Virus record (IMG/VR): IMGVR_UViG_3300010883_000008 | Coordinates: 2,668-66,667 of that record | Origin: a virus | Taxonomy: Duplodnaviria; Heunggongvirae; Uroviricota; Caudoviricetes | Direction: 5' to 3' (one strand) | DNA length: 64,000 nt | Shown: piece by piece, positions 16,278 through 25,349 of the stretch | Layout of the letters: each line of letters begins with the position of its first letter | How positions within the stretch are numbered: the stretch's first letter is position 1 | Program-made: the position numbers and the translations under genes | Notes under the pieces: model-generated | What the model saw: the letters and a program-made list of their open reading frames with translations, nothing else | Told to the model about the DNA's origin: nothing | The model's database searches: none

Positions 16278-16560
16278 CAGGCCACTCCCCTACTATAGGA
16301 CGGTCCCCTAACGTATCTCTAGTGCCTGGCGGCTGGGGCTGTTGAATCCCATAGAGTTCCGAGTCCTCTCCATAATCATTTTCTTCCTCTTCGCCCTCGT
16401 AAGGCCAGCCGTGTTTCCAGCCCACGATGAGATCGGCCAAAATCTTAAAGCTCCCCAGGATTGCAACAGTTACAAAAAACATAACTACGGACCAAAATAC
16501 TACTGCTGTCCAAATCATTAGACTATCACCCCGCAATGTGCATTGACTACTGAACGCCAT
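16270..16560 (-). CDS. membrane protein with acidic C terminus
   Basis: 96 aa. One long hydrophobic segment (IWTAVVFWSVVMFFVTVAILGSFKILADLIVGW), then EGEEEENDYGEDSE. Confidence 0.4.
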   Translation of the reverse strand: MAFSSQCTLRGDSLMIWTAVVFWSVVMFFVTVAILGSFKILADLIVGWKHGWPYEGEEEENDYGEDSELYGIQQPQPPGTRDTLGDRPIVGEWPDG

Positions 16561-17669
16561 GCCGAGCGGAAGAACACTTCGTTCGACTGCATCTCCTCAA
16601 CCATGGCTTTTTGTGTGGCAAAGAGCCGTGTACCAAATCTCCATTTGGATTTCTCTTTGGTCAGCAGATTGTGTTGCTTCATCCGTTCGATCAACGGGTC
16701 ATAGTTGTTGATCCAACCTTTTGGCCCCTTCTCGTTGTCCACTAGGTTCAGCCTGAACATATACTCGTGGTTGGGCGGATAGGTTTTGTTTTTCTTAAAG
16801 TGTCCCGCCAACTTGGCGATGGATTGGGGAGCCGCTTTGGTATCCTCGTATTTGGTCCCTTCGGTGTAGCCGATAATTGCGGCAGCAAATTTCTGAGCTT
16901 GGCCCCCAGGCATGGTCCGGGGATCTCCAAACATCGCAGCTTTCCCCACCTTGTATCGCCACTGCTGTAGGCAATACAGTGTCGGACCCCCCACGGGGCT
17001 CTGTTGTGTCATTTTGTTAAGTGAGGCAACCCACTTACGAAATGCTTTGTTAAGTAGCCGGGCTTGTAGGCCAACTTGGAAATCCTCAGCAGAGTCTTCC
17101 AATTCCTTGGAGGGGATCAATGCTGCAAGGGAGTCTATGACGACCAAGTCGAACATGTTCTCCCGAATCGCCATGTTCACCACGTCAATAGCTTGCTCGG
17201 CGTATTCCGGGTAAGCTACACAATGCCAATCGGAATCCCAACCGTTTTTCTCAGCCCATCCCATATCGAAAGTCCCTTCGGCATCCAGCCAGAGGCATCT
17301 TCCAGGGATGAACTTTGACTCCTCGCAAAAGTCCCGATGCTTATGGGTGTTGTGGTCGTACTGTTGTACCGACGCAGCCGCCCGTAAGGCTTTCAAAGTC
17401 TTTCCCGTAGATTCGTTCCCAACGTCCTCCACGATTCGACTGAAAGGCCAACCGCCTCCTGTTGCCAAATCGAGTTCGAGGATACCCGTTGAGAATCTTC
17501 GTAGTGTTCCCGTATCCCGCCCCTTCTCGGACGAGACCACCAGACTTCCACCAAAGGTGTCGTTAATTTTCGCCTTAAAGGCGTCCAACAGCGAATCGCC
17601 TTCGGCAACGTCCAGGGGCTCATCGTCGAGTACAGGGGGGATAACTTCCAGGGGGGCATCAGTCGACAT
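16518..17669 (-). CDS. RecA-like recombinase (Sak4/UvsX-like)
   Basis: 383 aa. LDLATGGGWPFSRIVEDVGNESTGKT resembles the RecA Walker A region [20 protein letters not shown]. Later DSLAAL resembles the RecA DSVAAL. Confidence 0.65.
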   Translation of the reverse strand: MSTDAPLEVIPPVLDDEPLDVAEGDSLLDAFKAKINDTFGGSLVVSSEKGRDTGTLRRFSTGILELDLATGGGWPFSRIVEDVGNESTGKTLKALRAAASVQQYDHNTHKHRDFCEESKFIPGRCLWLDAEGTFDMGWAEKNGWDSDWHCVAYPEYAEQAIDVVNMAIRENMFDLVVIDSLAALIPSKELEDSAEDFQVGLQARLLNKAFRKWVASLNKMTQQSPVGGPTLYCLQQWRYKVGKAAMFGDPRTMPGGQAQKFAAAIIGYTEGTKYEDTKAAPQSIAKLAGHFKKNKTYPPNHEYMFRLNLVDNEKGPKGWINNYDPLIERMKQHNLLTKEKSKWRFGTRLFATQKAMVEEMQSNEVFFRSAWRSVVNAHCGVIV

Positions 17670-17675
17670 AGGAAC

Positions 17676-18215
17676 CTAACTTGCGGGGCGTGAATCTCGA
17701 TATTTACGAATGCCCGCCACCTCAGTGTTTAGGCGACCATCCACGAATGCTTTGGCAGCAGTAAAGGCATCATCAATTTCTTCCACCACCGAAGGCAATT
17801 TTACACCAACAGTGAGGGAAACTGACTCGAAGTTGCCTAAGTTCAGAGTCATCTTGCAGTCGTAGGAAACCTCTGCCAAAGGTGTTCCTTCGGGGTACAT
17901 GGCAACGGCGACGATCTCCTCGGTTGAATCCGATTCGAGTACAGGCTTACCGTCAACGTACCGCTTTGTGATTTTGTCCCGCGTAATAGTAGTACGGGCA
18001 CCCACCTCAGGTTCCGGTCCCGGCTCACTGGCATCAGGGTCGACCTTTGTCGGTTCGGTCACAGTAGCCGGGGGGTCTCCCGCAGCAACTCCGGTAGTTT
18101 CCGTGATCTTCTTTTCCAAAGCAGCTTTTTCCGCAGCAAGCAGAGCGGCCTTTTTGGAGGCAACTTCACCAGGGGCGGGAGTAGCGTCTTCTGGGGGTTT
18201 GGCATCAGGTTCCAT
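17676..18215 (-). CDS. hypothetical protein (possible ssDNA-binding role by position)
   Basis: 179 aa with an Ala/Glu/Pro-rich N terminus. It lies between the recombinase and the helicase. No motif. Confidence 0.35.
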   Translation of the reverse strand: MEPDAKPPEDATPAPGEVASKKAALLAAEKAALEKKITETTGVAAGDPPATVTEPTKVDPDASEPGPEPEVGARTTITRDKITKRYVDGKPVLESDSTEEIVAVAMYPEGTPLAEVSYDCKMTLNLGNFESVSLTVGVKLPSVVEEIDDAFTAAKAFVDGRLNTEVAGIRKYRDSRPAS

Positions 18216-18217
18216 GA

Positions 18218-19603
18218 TTAGCTCCGCATTTCTTCAAACTCCAGATCATCGTAAATAGCTCGACGTTTGTTCGCCATAGCCACGCAGACTCCCATCTGGA
18301 ATACAGGGTCCACTATTAACAATTCTCGTTTGTCCCCGAGCCTTTGAATTCGACCCACGGTCTGTTCAACGTCGGATCGGGGAGTACCAAAGAATAACGT
18401 ATCGAGGGTGGGTATGTCTGTTCCTTCGGACATCATTCCGTAAGTAGCTAAGACAATGTCGCACTCTTTGGCCGCATGTAACTGACTTTTCGTTAGTCGC
18501 TTGTTTCGAGGTTTCCCCGAGGCTGTGACTCCGTTAGGGACTGCCCCCACGTATAGTCCCATAGACCCCGTGTATCCAGCACGTCTGATCCGTTCCTGCA
18601 CGTCAACGCATTGGCTCACTCGATCCGAGCATAGGAGTACTCGTCTCCCCGTGCCAGAAGCCGCAACGATTTGCTCAGCTAACCAGCAGTTAAAGGGGAC
18701 GTTCTGTGCAATGGAGTTCACCATCTGAGCCATCAGCAGGGTGTTGCCCCGCTTGAACATGTGATCCGTAAGTGAGGTCTTCCACACAGGTTGGACGTAC
18801 TTCCCCGACAATCGTTCGGCGGTCATCTTGTGAACGATCTCACCTACATGCCAGTCCCAAATGCAGTCCATCCCGTCCTTTCGTCGCCATGTAGCGGAGA
18901 CTCCTAGACGTAAGTGCATAGGTAGACTTCTCAACACGTACTCAAACGTGTCAGCGGGATACCGGTGTCCTTCATCAGTAATCACCATCCCGAACTCGTT
19001 GTGCATCTCCTGTAGCAATGCCGCAGAGTCCCGCCTAGCATAGAGAGTCTGAGCCATTGCGGTGACCATATGCTTGCCTCGATAGTCCCAGTTATTCCCT
19101 TGGATGTGTCCCCCGTCAGCCTCAGGCCAAAACGTGCGTAAAGTCTCGTGCCATTGCTCCGCAAGGTCGTTCTTGTGTACGAGTACTAAGACGGGTTTAT
19201 CTAACTTCGAGGCAATGTCTAATCCCATCAAGGTCTTCCCTGAACCACATGGGGCTGACAAAAGACCTCCTAACCATCCCTTCTCAAAGTGAGTTACTAG
19301 TGCTTCCCGGGCCTGTTTCTGCCCTGATCTGTACCCCCAACTTTCTGGGAACCTGAGCTTCGGCCAGGACCTTGAGGTTCGGACAGTTCTGGTTACTAGC
19401 TGAAATCGTTTTCCATAGCGTTGTAGGCCCCATCTTCTCGGTACGCCAATATGGCTCTCTGACATTTCCCAAGGTTCCAGAAGGCGACCTTCCCCCACAA
19501 CCGCATCGGACATGAGGCGAAGGTCCATCTGAATCCGGTCCCACTCGACATGTTCGAGAGGTAGCCAGAGAAGTCTATCGAGATATGCTGTTGGTTTTGT
19601 CAT
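18218..19603 (-). CDS. superfamily 2 DEAD/DEAH-box DNA helicase
   Basis: 461 aa. Motif I LSAPCGSGKTLMG, motif II VITDEGHRY, with the helicase C-terminal region. Confidence 0.7.
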   Translation of the reverse strand: MTKPTAYLDRLLWLPLEHVEWDRIQMDLRLMSDAVVGEGRLLEPWEMSESHIGVPRRWGLQRYGKRFQLVTRTVRTSRSWPKLRFPESWGYRSGQKQAREALVTHFEKGWLGGLLSAPCGSGKTLMGLDIASKLDKPVLVLVHKNDLAEQWHETLRTFWPEADGGHIQGNNWDYRGKHMVTAMAQTLYARRDSAALLQEMHNEFGMVITDEGHRYPADTFEYVLRSLPMHLRLGVSATWRRKDGMDCIWDWHVGEIVHKMTAERLSGKYVQPVWKTSLTDHMFKRGNTLLMAQMVNSIAQNVPFNCWLAEQIVAASGTGRRVLLCSDRVSQCVDVQERIRRAGYTGSMGLYVGAVPNGVTASGKPRNKRLTKSQLHAAKECDIVLATYGMMSEGTDIPTLDTLFFGTPRSDVEQTVGRIQRLGDKRELLIVDPVFQMGVCVAMANKRRAIYDDLEFEEMRS

Positions 19604-19609
19604 GATCTA

Positions 19610-19626
19610 GTGCAATCCAGTTGCAC
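19610..19626. repeat. palindrome family copy (17-bp variant): GTGCAATCCAGTTGCAC
   Basis: Lies 6 nt upstream of the helicase ATG, in a 61-nt intergenic gap. No Shine-Dalgarno sequence is visible between it and the start codon. Confidence 0.8.
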
Positions 19627-19664
19627 AAACTCAAGTTAAGGTGATCTGGGAGTCCATCCCCCAG

Positions 19665-20312
19665 TTACTTTAAGAACGTGTAATGTGAGTTTGGATGCTC
19701 TTGAGCGTCGTAAGCTCGTAGCATCCCCGAAGTTTCAAGTTGTTTGTTCAGCACGACCGGAGGATTCTTACCGTTGTAGCTTATGCATGAGGGGTCAAAT
19801 ATATGGAAGGACAAGATCCTATCCCCGCCTGGGACAGACCCATACCAATCTCTCTTATTATCGAACAGGTTGACTGAGGTATTTGCCGACCGATGACACT
19901 GATTACAGGATACCCGATCCACGTGGAAAAGCTGTCGATACCCTCTTGGGAAAATGCCCCCTGCTGCGGAGATCACGGGCTGTTTTCCCGAATCCCTCCA
20001 GACCCCCCCGAGGGCACTCTTAAATTTACGGGATAGGAGCCTCTTAACAAGCCGGTCGGGGTACTGCGGAAGTAGCTCCACGGTTCCTTTGATGTTGAGT
20101 TCTTGTCGATCACGATGGTAGGTATCGTGCATCTTACCGGTGTGTAAGACAGGAACGTCTGTAATTCGGGCGGCTTCGTCGTCATATCCTAATTCTTTCA
20201 ATGCAGTAGTTAACTCGGTGTGTGTAGTGAAAGGACGGAACAGATCCACAGACCATTCCCCCGTCTCTCGGGTCCTCACATGACGTAAAGAAACGCTAAC
20301 AGTAGTAGCCAA
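19665..20312 (-). CDS. HNH-like endonuclease, putative
   Basis: 215 aa. FHVDRVSCNQCHRSANTSVN is a Cys/His/Asn cluster of the HNH type. G+C is slightly lower than the flanks. Confidence 0.4.
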   Translation of the reverse strand: MATTVSVSLRHVRTRETGEWSVDLFRPFTTHTELTTALKELGYDDEAARITDVPVLHTGKMHDTYHRDRQELNIKGTVELLPQYPDRLVKRLLSRKFKSALGGVWRDSGKQPVISAAGGIFPRGYRQLFHVDRVSCNQCHRSANTSVNLFDNKRDWYGSVPGGDRILSFHIFDPSCISYNGKNPPVVLNKQLETSGMLRAYDAQEHPNSHYTFLK

Positions 20313-20322
20313 CCAGACTTAA

Positions 20323-20844
20323 TCATTTGTAAACCTCCGAAAAAGAAAAAGATATATCGCCTTCATATTTTTTTTGAATGTGAATAGCGGCAATACCGTT
20401 TCCCATTCCCCATCCCAACTTACTTCCTGTTGCATAGTGTCGTATCTCTTTGATACCGCCATATTCATATATACTTCTAATTAATCCGTCGCTAAGAAAA
20501 AACTTCCAAGTTGGCATAAGCCAAACACTATTATCAGATAAAGTTAGTCCGTGCAAAATAAATTTTCTATACTTTGAAAATGGTGGATTTGTTATTATCC
20601 AATCAACCTTCTCATTGTAATTATAGAAATCTTTTCCCATAGAAATCTCACAAAAGGGTGAGCCTTCGGGCAAAAATTTATGTATATTGCCGATACCATA
20701 ACATGGTTCTAAAACTTTACCTTCGGGTTCAAACCACTTTATCATATCTTTTGCTACGATTTCGGGAGTCCAAGTTTCATCACCGCTCATTTGTAGTGGT
20801 CCTGGGATAGTTGAATAATTGCATCCACCACCGTTATTTCGCAA
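20323..20844 (-). CDS. N6-adenine DNA methyltransferase (gamma-class order, motif I before NPPF), orphan
   Basis: 173 aa. Motif I-like EPCYGIGNI, then ITNPPF. The whole ORF is visibly AT-rich (roughly 36% G+C by eye, the rest of the window about 55%). Confidence 0.6.
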   Translation of the reverse strand: MRNNGGGCNYSTIPGPLQMSGDETWTPEIVAKDMIKWFEPEGKVLEPCYGIGNIHKFLPEGSPFCEISMGKDFYNYNEKVDWIITNPPFSKYRKFILHGLTLSDNSVWLMPTWKFFLSDGLIRSIYEYGGIKEIRHYATGSKLGWGMGNGIAAIHIQKKYEGDISFSFSEVYK

Positions 20845-22756
20845 GTCCCCACGCGTCTACAATCAGAGGCTCAGTCCTGACAGGGACACGTAACTGTACA
20901 GTGTTTTCCATTACTTCCTGCATGGTCGCCGCGTGACGTGCGACGTGTTCTTCGGGAGCCTCGAAGATGATTTCATCATGCACAAAGTTCGACGGGAATA
21001 CCGTCTTCAACCATTCACCTTCCTCGATCCATTGTTCCCGGAGCTTAACCATGGACAACTGGATCAAGTTACAAGCTGATGCCTGAACCGGAAAGTTGAT
21101 GAACATGTTCAGTGAGTGCTTGAACGATTTGGCAATGTCCGACTTCGGAATACGCCGCTTCCGTCCAAAGATATCGGTGCAGACCCCCGACATTTTGAGG
21201 GCTTGCTCCATACGGATGTGCCAAGATCGGACGCCTTTGTACGCGTCGAAGAACTCGTTAATGACTTCCTGCCATTTCCGCATCGACAACTCAGGGTATT
21301 CCATGTGCATTCGTCGAGCGGTGGCTAGGTAGATCAGAGCGAAGTTCGCCATCTTACCGTTTTGCCGGTTCCCGCCGAGTGCTGGGATATTGTCCGTGGT
21401 CATCTGGTGAAGGTCCAGCCCGTGCCAAAAGGCGTCCAACTCCGGGTTTTTCAACAGATCCTCATTCTCCGCCACACCACATGCCGGACAAGAGTGCAGT
21501 ATCTTAGCAGATTGCCCTACGGTCCCACAGGCTCCACATTGGTAGTCAAGATAGGCTTTAAGGAACAAAGGATCTTGGGTGGTATGGGCACACACTCGTA
21601 ACTCAATCTGCGACAGGTCAGAAACGATCAGCTTCCGACCGGGGGCGGGTACTATGTTGTTACGAATGTTTAGGTGAGCGAATGCCTTCTCCCCCAGGGC
21701 GTTCTTGCGTTCATGTAACCATGCAGGAACATTCTGGAAGTTCGGCTTTTCACATCGAGTTCTCCCCGTCGAGGATACAAGCCAAAACGTGCAGTGTACT
21801 CGACCATTAGGGTCATCTATTGCCCATCGAGTGATAGGCTCAACGTAGGTGTTGATCATCTTGTGAGCAGTCCGGAACGTCCGGATGTCATCGCAAACTG
21901 GGTACTTCACCGCAAGCGTGTCCATCTGCTTGGCACCAACCGCGAGTCGCTTACCCGAGTCAGTCATGGGTATGCCCGCAGTATCGTACCCTAATTCCTC
22001 GAATAGTCGTCGAGCTACTTGGTCCCCGCTATTGAGGTTCAAAGGTCCAATCTCGTGGAAGATCTTATTTTTGATGTCCTCCCGAAGTTTTTGGAATCCC
22101 CGAAGCAGTTTCCGGGCTCCCGCAATCGACCAGCCAACACCGCAAGTCTCCATGTCCGCGAATAGCTTGGAGGAAGGCATCAGGATTTTCCAAAACAGCG
22201 GGCTCAATCCATCGGCTTCCAACCGAGGTTTGAGGAACTTCCACAGAAAGAACTCTTGTTGAGCATCGTCCGTAGCATATTCCGCAAACTCCTTCGAGTC
22301 CCCTCCGAAACCCCAGGCAGTCATGAAGTCCATCATCTGGACCCCGAAACCGTCACGCATAATCTTCTTGAGTCCCAACTCCCCCGGGCGACGGTTGTCG
22401 TCTAGAAGGTTGGTCGCAATCATCGGATCGCAGTAGTTCTTGGGGTATTCTACCGAGGTGATTACCCCCGCAGTCACGAGACCTTGCAAGTCGTACTTGC
22501 CGTTGAATGCCACCGCCTCCGACTCAGACGAAAAAAGCGTCTTGATGATTTTGGTATAAACCTCAGGACGCGGTTCGTAGAATGACGTGGTAGCTTTGTC
22601 CCCGGTTCCCGTCGCAAAACTGACCCCACCTAATTTGAAGTCTTTATCATGCAACGAGTCGTCAGGGTTATGCTCAATATCGAATGCATAACAGCCGTTC
22701 TGTATCGCATCTGATATAAATCCGTCAATGTCGACGGAGTGATGAACTGTAGGCAT
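20834..22756 (-). CDS. family A DNA polymerase
   Basis: 640 aa. Motif A DLSQIELRVCAH, motif B RQNGKMANFALIY, motif C VHDEIIFE. AGGAAGGA Shine-Dalgarno sequence upstream. Confidence 0.85.
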   Translation of the reverse strand: MPTVHHSVDIDGFISDAIQNGCYAFDIEHNPDDSLHDKDFKLGGVSFATGTGDKATTSFYEPRPEVYTKIIKTLFSSESEAVAFNGKYDLQGLVTAGVITSVEYPKNYCDPMIATNLLDDNRRPGELGLKKIMRDGFGVQMMDFMTAWGFGGDSKEFAEYATDDAQQEFFLWKFLKPRLEADGLSPLFWKILMPSSKLFADMETCGVGWSIAGARKLLRGFQKLREDIKNKIFHEIGPLNLNSGDQVARRLFEELGYDTAGIPMTDSGKRLAVGAKQMDTLAVKYPVCDDIRTFRTAHKMINTYVEPITRWAIDDPNGRVHCTFWLVSSTGRTRCEKPNFQNVPAWLHERKNALGEKAFAHLNIRNNIVPAPGRKLIVSDLSQIELRVCAHTTQDPLFLKAYLDYQCGACGTVGQSAKILHSCPACGVAENEDLLKNPELDAFWHGLDLHQMTTDNIPALGGNRQNGKMANFALIYLATARRMHMEYPELSMRKWQEVINEFFDAYKGVRSWHIRMEQALKMSGVCTDIFGRKRRIPKSDIAKSFKHSLNMFINFPVQASACNLIQLSMVKLREQWIEEGEWLKTVFPSNFVHDEIIFEAPEEHVARHAATMQEVMENTVQLRVPVRTEPLIVDAWGLAK

Positions 22757-22897
22757 AGGTTAAGATCCTTCCTTGGGGATAAAAATTCTGAGGTGGGGAA
22801 TTGAACCCAGCGTGGCCCTTAGTGGGGGATATTCCCAAGGCTTAACGCAGCAGTTACCGCTACCCGCGTCCCAGCACGGATGACACCTCATTACGCA

Positions 22898-23722
22898 TTA
22901 GTAGGAGATCTTAGATCCAGTACCTTCGGGTCGACCCGCAGCTACATCCCCACCACTTTCGGCCATCAGTCGATCATACATGATCTTCATCTTAGCCGGA
23001 TCAGGTTTCACCAACTTGCCAAGGTCAAGCTGACCATTGGGTTTGATGAACTCCTTGTTGGGGTCGTTGGCAAATCCGTAGTCACTCAGGTTGACCATCT
23101 TGATGAATTCGTAATCTTCCCCGACCGAAGCGGACTTATCCGTAGGTGGTCGGAAGATCTTGAACATGGCACCTGAAAGAGTCTCCCCGGCATCCTTGCG
23201 GGACAAGTACTTCCGCTTGATGATTTCCGAGGTGTCCTTCTTAGCTACAAGTAGTCGACGTTCGTTCTTACGAACCGCACCTTTGCTATCGGTGAATTCC
23301 GACAAGTCAATGACGGTGAAGTACCGAGCTTTGTAGCGTCGGAACTTACCCTTATGGATATTGGAGAACTTGCACCCAGGGCACTCAACACCAAGAGGTT
23401 CTAGGCAAGTACACCAGTTACGCCAACTTCCGCCGATCTGTCCAGAGTGTTCCCATAAGACCGGAGCCTCGTGACCATCGGTTGCAAAGATGACAATCTT
23501 TTCAGCACCTTTGGGAATCCAGAGACGGAGATTGTTCCCCTGATTGGGGTTAACATCACCCTCCATGTCGGTATCAAAACCGGAGCCTAGCATCCAACTT
23601 TCGTCGTCAGCAGCAGCGGGGGAGGGAGTGGGGCTTGGAGTATGCCCAGCAGTTGCGGCACTTTCCGCAGCGGGAACGCTACCTGCGTCGATAGCTTCCC
23701 ATGGAGGTCGTTCGTCAGCCAT
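22898..23722 (-). CDS. zinc-ribbon protein (possible ssDNA-binding protein by position)
   Basis: 274 aa with an Ala/Pro-rich N terminus. CTCLEPLGVECPGCKF is a four-Cys ribbon. It lies between the primase and the polymerase. Confidence 0.35.
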   Translation of the reverse strand: MADERPPWEAIDAGSVPAAESAATAGHTPSPTPSPAAADDESWMLGSGFDTDMEGDVNPNQGNNLRLWIPKGAEKIVIFATDGHEAPVLWEHSGQIGGSWRNWCTCLEPLGVECPGCKFSNIHKGKFRRYKARYFTVIDLSEFTDSKGAVRKNERRLLVAKKDTSEIIKRKYLSRKDAGETLSGAMFKIFRPPTDKSASVGEDYEFIKMVNLSDYGFANDPNKEFIKPNGQLDLGKLVKPDPAKMKIMYDRLMAESGGDVAAGRPEGTGSKISY

Positions 23723-23734
23723 TGTAGTGGCTCC

Positions 23735-24718
23735 TTAACAGAATGGTTTTACAAAGGACTCAAATTGGGGTCTATTCATATCCCCTAAGTCCACACTAAT
23801 GGGAGGCGTGAGACGACGAAGTGTACAAACCCCACCGAGGCGTGTCTTCGCTCGTTCCCAGCCCGTGTTCCCAGCCGAATCGTTATCATAGCAAAATACT
23901 ATGGTAGCGTCAAGCGAGGCTAATTGGTCCGCTTGGTACTCCGAAAGGTCGGCGTGCCAAGTACATACGCTGTCAAATCCTAAGTCCCAGCCCCAGGAGA
24001 CCGTCTTTGAAATATCGAAGTAACCTTCACTGACGAGGACTTTAGGATGACCTTGGCAATGATTGAGTCCTCCGAGAGATTTCCCCGCTGCGAACCCGAA
24101 GTAGTTATAGTACTTCGGGGTAACGTCACGGGTAAGACCTCGGCCAACGGCTCCGTAGAGGTTCCCACCCCCATCGAAAACGGGGAAGACGACTCGATTC
24201 TGACGGGGATCGTACCGCAAGTCAAATCGTAAAACATTCTCAGGCTCCATGTTACGTTCGTCAAACAGATAGGTAGAACTAGCCAAATGGCCGGTAGCTA
24301 AGGGGAATCTCTCGTACGACATCATGTCAGGGTTGAGAACAATAGGCTTGTCCACCGCCACGTCATAGACCCAGTCATCGAGACTTTCTCGGACCCCCGC
24401 CAACGTACTGAGCAGTGAGGGCTTGTCATCAATGAGTAGGTCCATAGACAACTTCCGCAATTCGTCGTTGTCAGTCAACTCAGCGTAGGAGTCTACTAGG
24501 TCAGCCAGCTTCCCCTGTTCCCCGCAAGCAAAGCACTTGAATAGGGAGGGGGTCTTGTCCACCACAATCGAACACCCCGGACGTGCATCGCTTCCGCCAT
24601 CATGCAACCAAGGAGCTAACGGACAATGTATCAGAACTTGCCCCTTGGAGTTAGCCTGCAAGTGAGTAGTGTCTACCCCCAACCGACTTAGTACGAGCTT
24701 CAAGCCATTCAGATTCAT
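23735..24718 (-). CDS. DNA primase, CHC2 zinc finger plus TOPRIM
   Basis: 327 aa. HCPLAPWLHDGGSDARPGCS...FKCFACGEQG (CHC2-type). TOPRIM residues VLVSEGYFD and IVFCYDNDSAGNTG. Confidence 0.65.
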   Translation of the reverse strand: MNLNGLKLVLSRLGVDTTHLQANSKGQVLIHCPLAPWLHDGGSDARPGCSIVVDKTPSLFKCFACGEQGKLADLVDSYAELTDNDELRKLSMDLLIDDKPSLLSTLAGVRESLDDWVYDVAVDKPIVLNPDMMSYERFPLATGHLASSTYLFDERNMEPENVLRFDLRYDPRQNRVVFPVFDGGGNLYGAVGRGLTRDVTPKYYNYFGFAAGKSLGGLNHCQGHPKVLVSEGYFDISKTVSWGWDLGFDSVCTWHADLSEYQADQLASLDATIVFCYDNDSAGNTGWERAKTRLGGVCTLRRLTPPISVDLGDMNRPQFESFVKPFC

Positions 24719-25323
24719 ACTGTATCCTCAGTTAATAGGTCCCCGGCGTCCCGCCTTGCATGGTGGTATCCTACGTACCAATCGATCCAGTTCCGTTCGG
24801 CCTCCTCGTAGTCATAGGGGTTTCCTTCTTCCCCGGCGTTTATCTTGATTTCAGTCATACGTTTCTGGTGCTTTCGGGTCGCCGCGTAATGCGTCCGTCC
24901 CAGCATATAGGGAGCAGCGGCTTCATCATCCTGGTATTTCCGGGCTGCGACGAAATACATCTCGCAACGACTTTTTGGATCGGAGTGGTATGCTTTGTAA
25001 ATTTGGCTGCGTACGGATTGTTCGCCCAGTGCAACTGATTGCACGCGAGGCGTCATCTTCGTCCGTTTTACCTTCACGGAAACCGTAGGGGATTCCGAGT
25101 TGCTCGTTGTAGAAGGTTTCTTCGAGGAAATCTCTTTCGGTAGCAGCCCCAATAGCTGCTCCGACAGACTCAGCGAGTTTTCGGAAGGCTTCGTCGCGAA
25201 GGGATTCGATGAGGGATTTACTGATTTGGACGGAGGGGGAGTACTTTCTACTGTCGTAGACATAGTTGCGGGGTCTGTGGCTTGCAGCAAGCGAGCAATC
25301 GTCTCCGATGGCGTTTCCGACAT
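24715..25323 (-). CDS. hypothetical protein with Ser/Thr/Pro-rich N terminus
   Basis: 202-aa ORF. It contains a palindrome copy at 25029-25044. Confidence 0.4.
   Translation of the reverse strand: MSETPSETIARLLQATDPATMSTTVESTPPPSKSVNPSSNPFATKPSENSLSLSEQLLGLLPKEISSKKPSTTSNSESPTVSVKVKRTKMTPRVQSVALGEQSVRSQIYKAYHSDPKSRCEMYFVAARKYQDDEAAAPYMLGRTHYAATRKHQKRMTEIKINAGEEGNPYDYEEAERNWIDWYVGYHHARRDAGDLLTEDTV
25029..25044. repeat. palindrome family copy: GTGCAACTGATTGCAC
   Basis: 16-bp inverted repeat identical to the copy at 2285. Confidence 0.85.
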
Positions 25324-25349
25324 ATGAGCCCTCCAAGATTTTCAAAGCA

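Noticed and set aside
22757-22897. Possible tRNA in the 141-nt gap upstream of the DNA polymerase (T-loop-like GGGTTCAATTCCCC on the minus strand)
   Set aside because: Only a 3-4 bp T-stem can be formed and no complementary acceptor strand was found. The gap does contain the polymerase Shine-Dalgarno sequence (AGGAAGGA). Left for tRNAscan-SE to decide.
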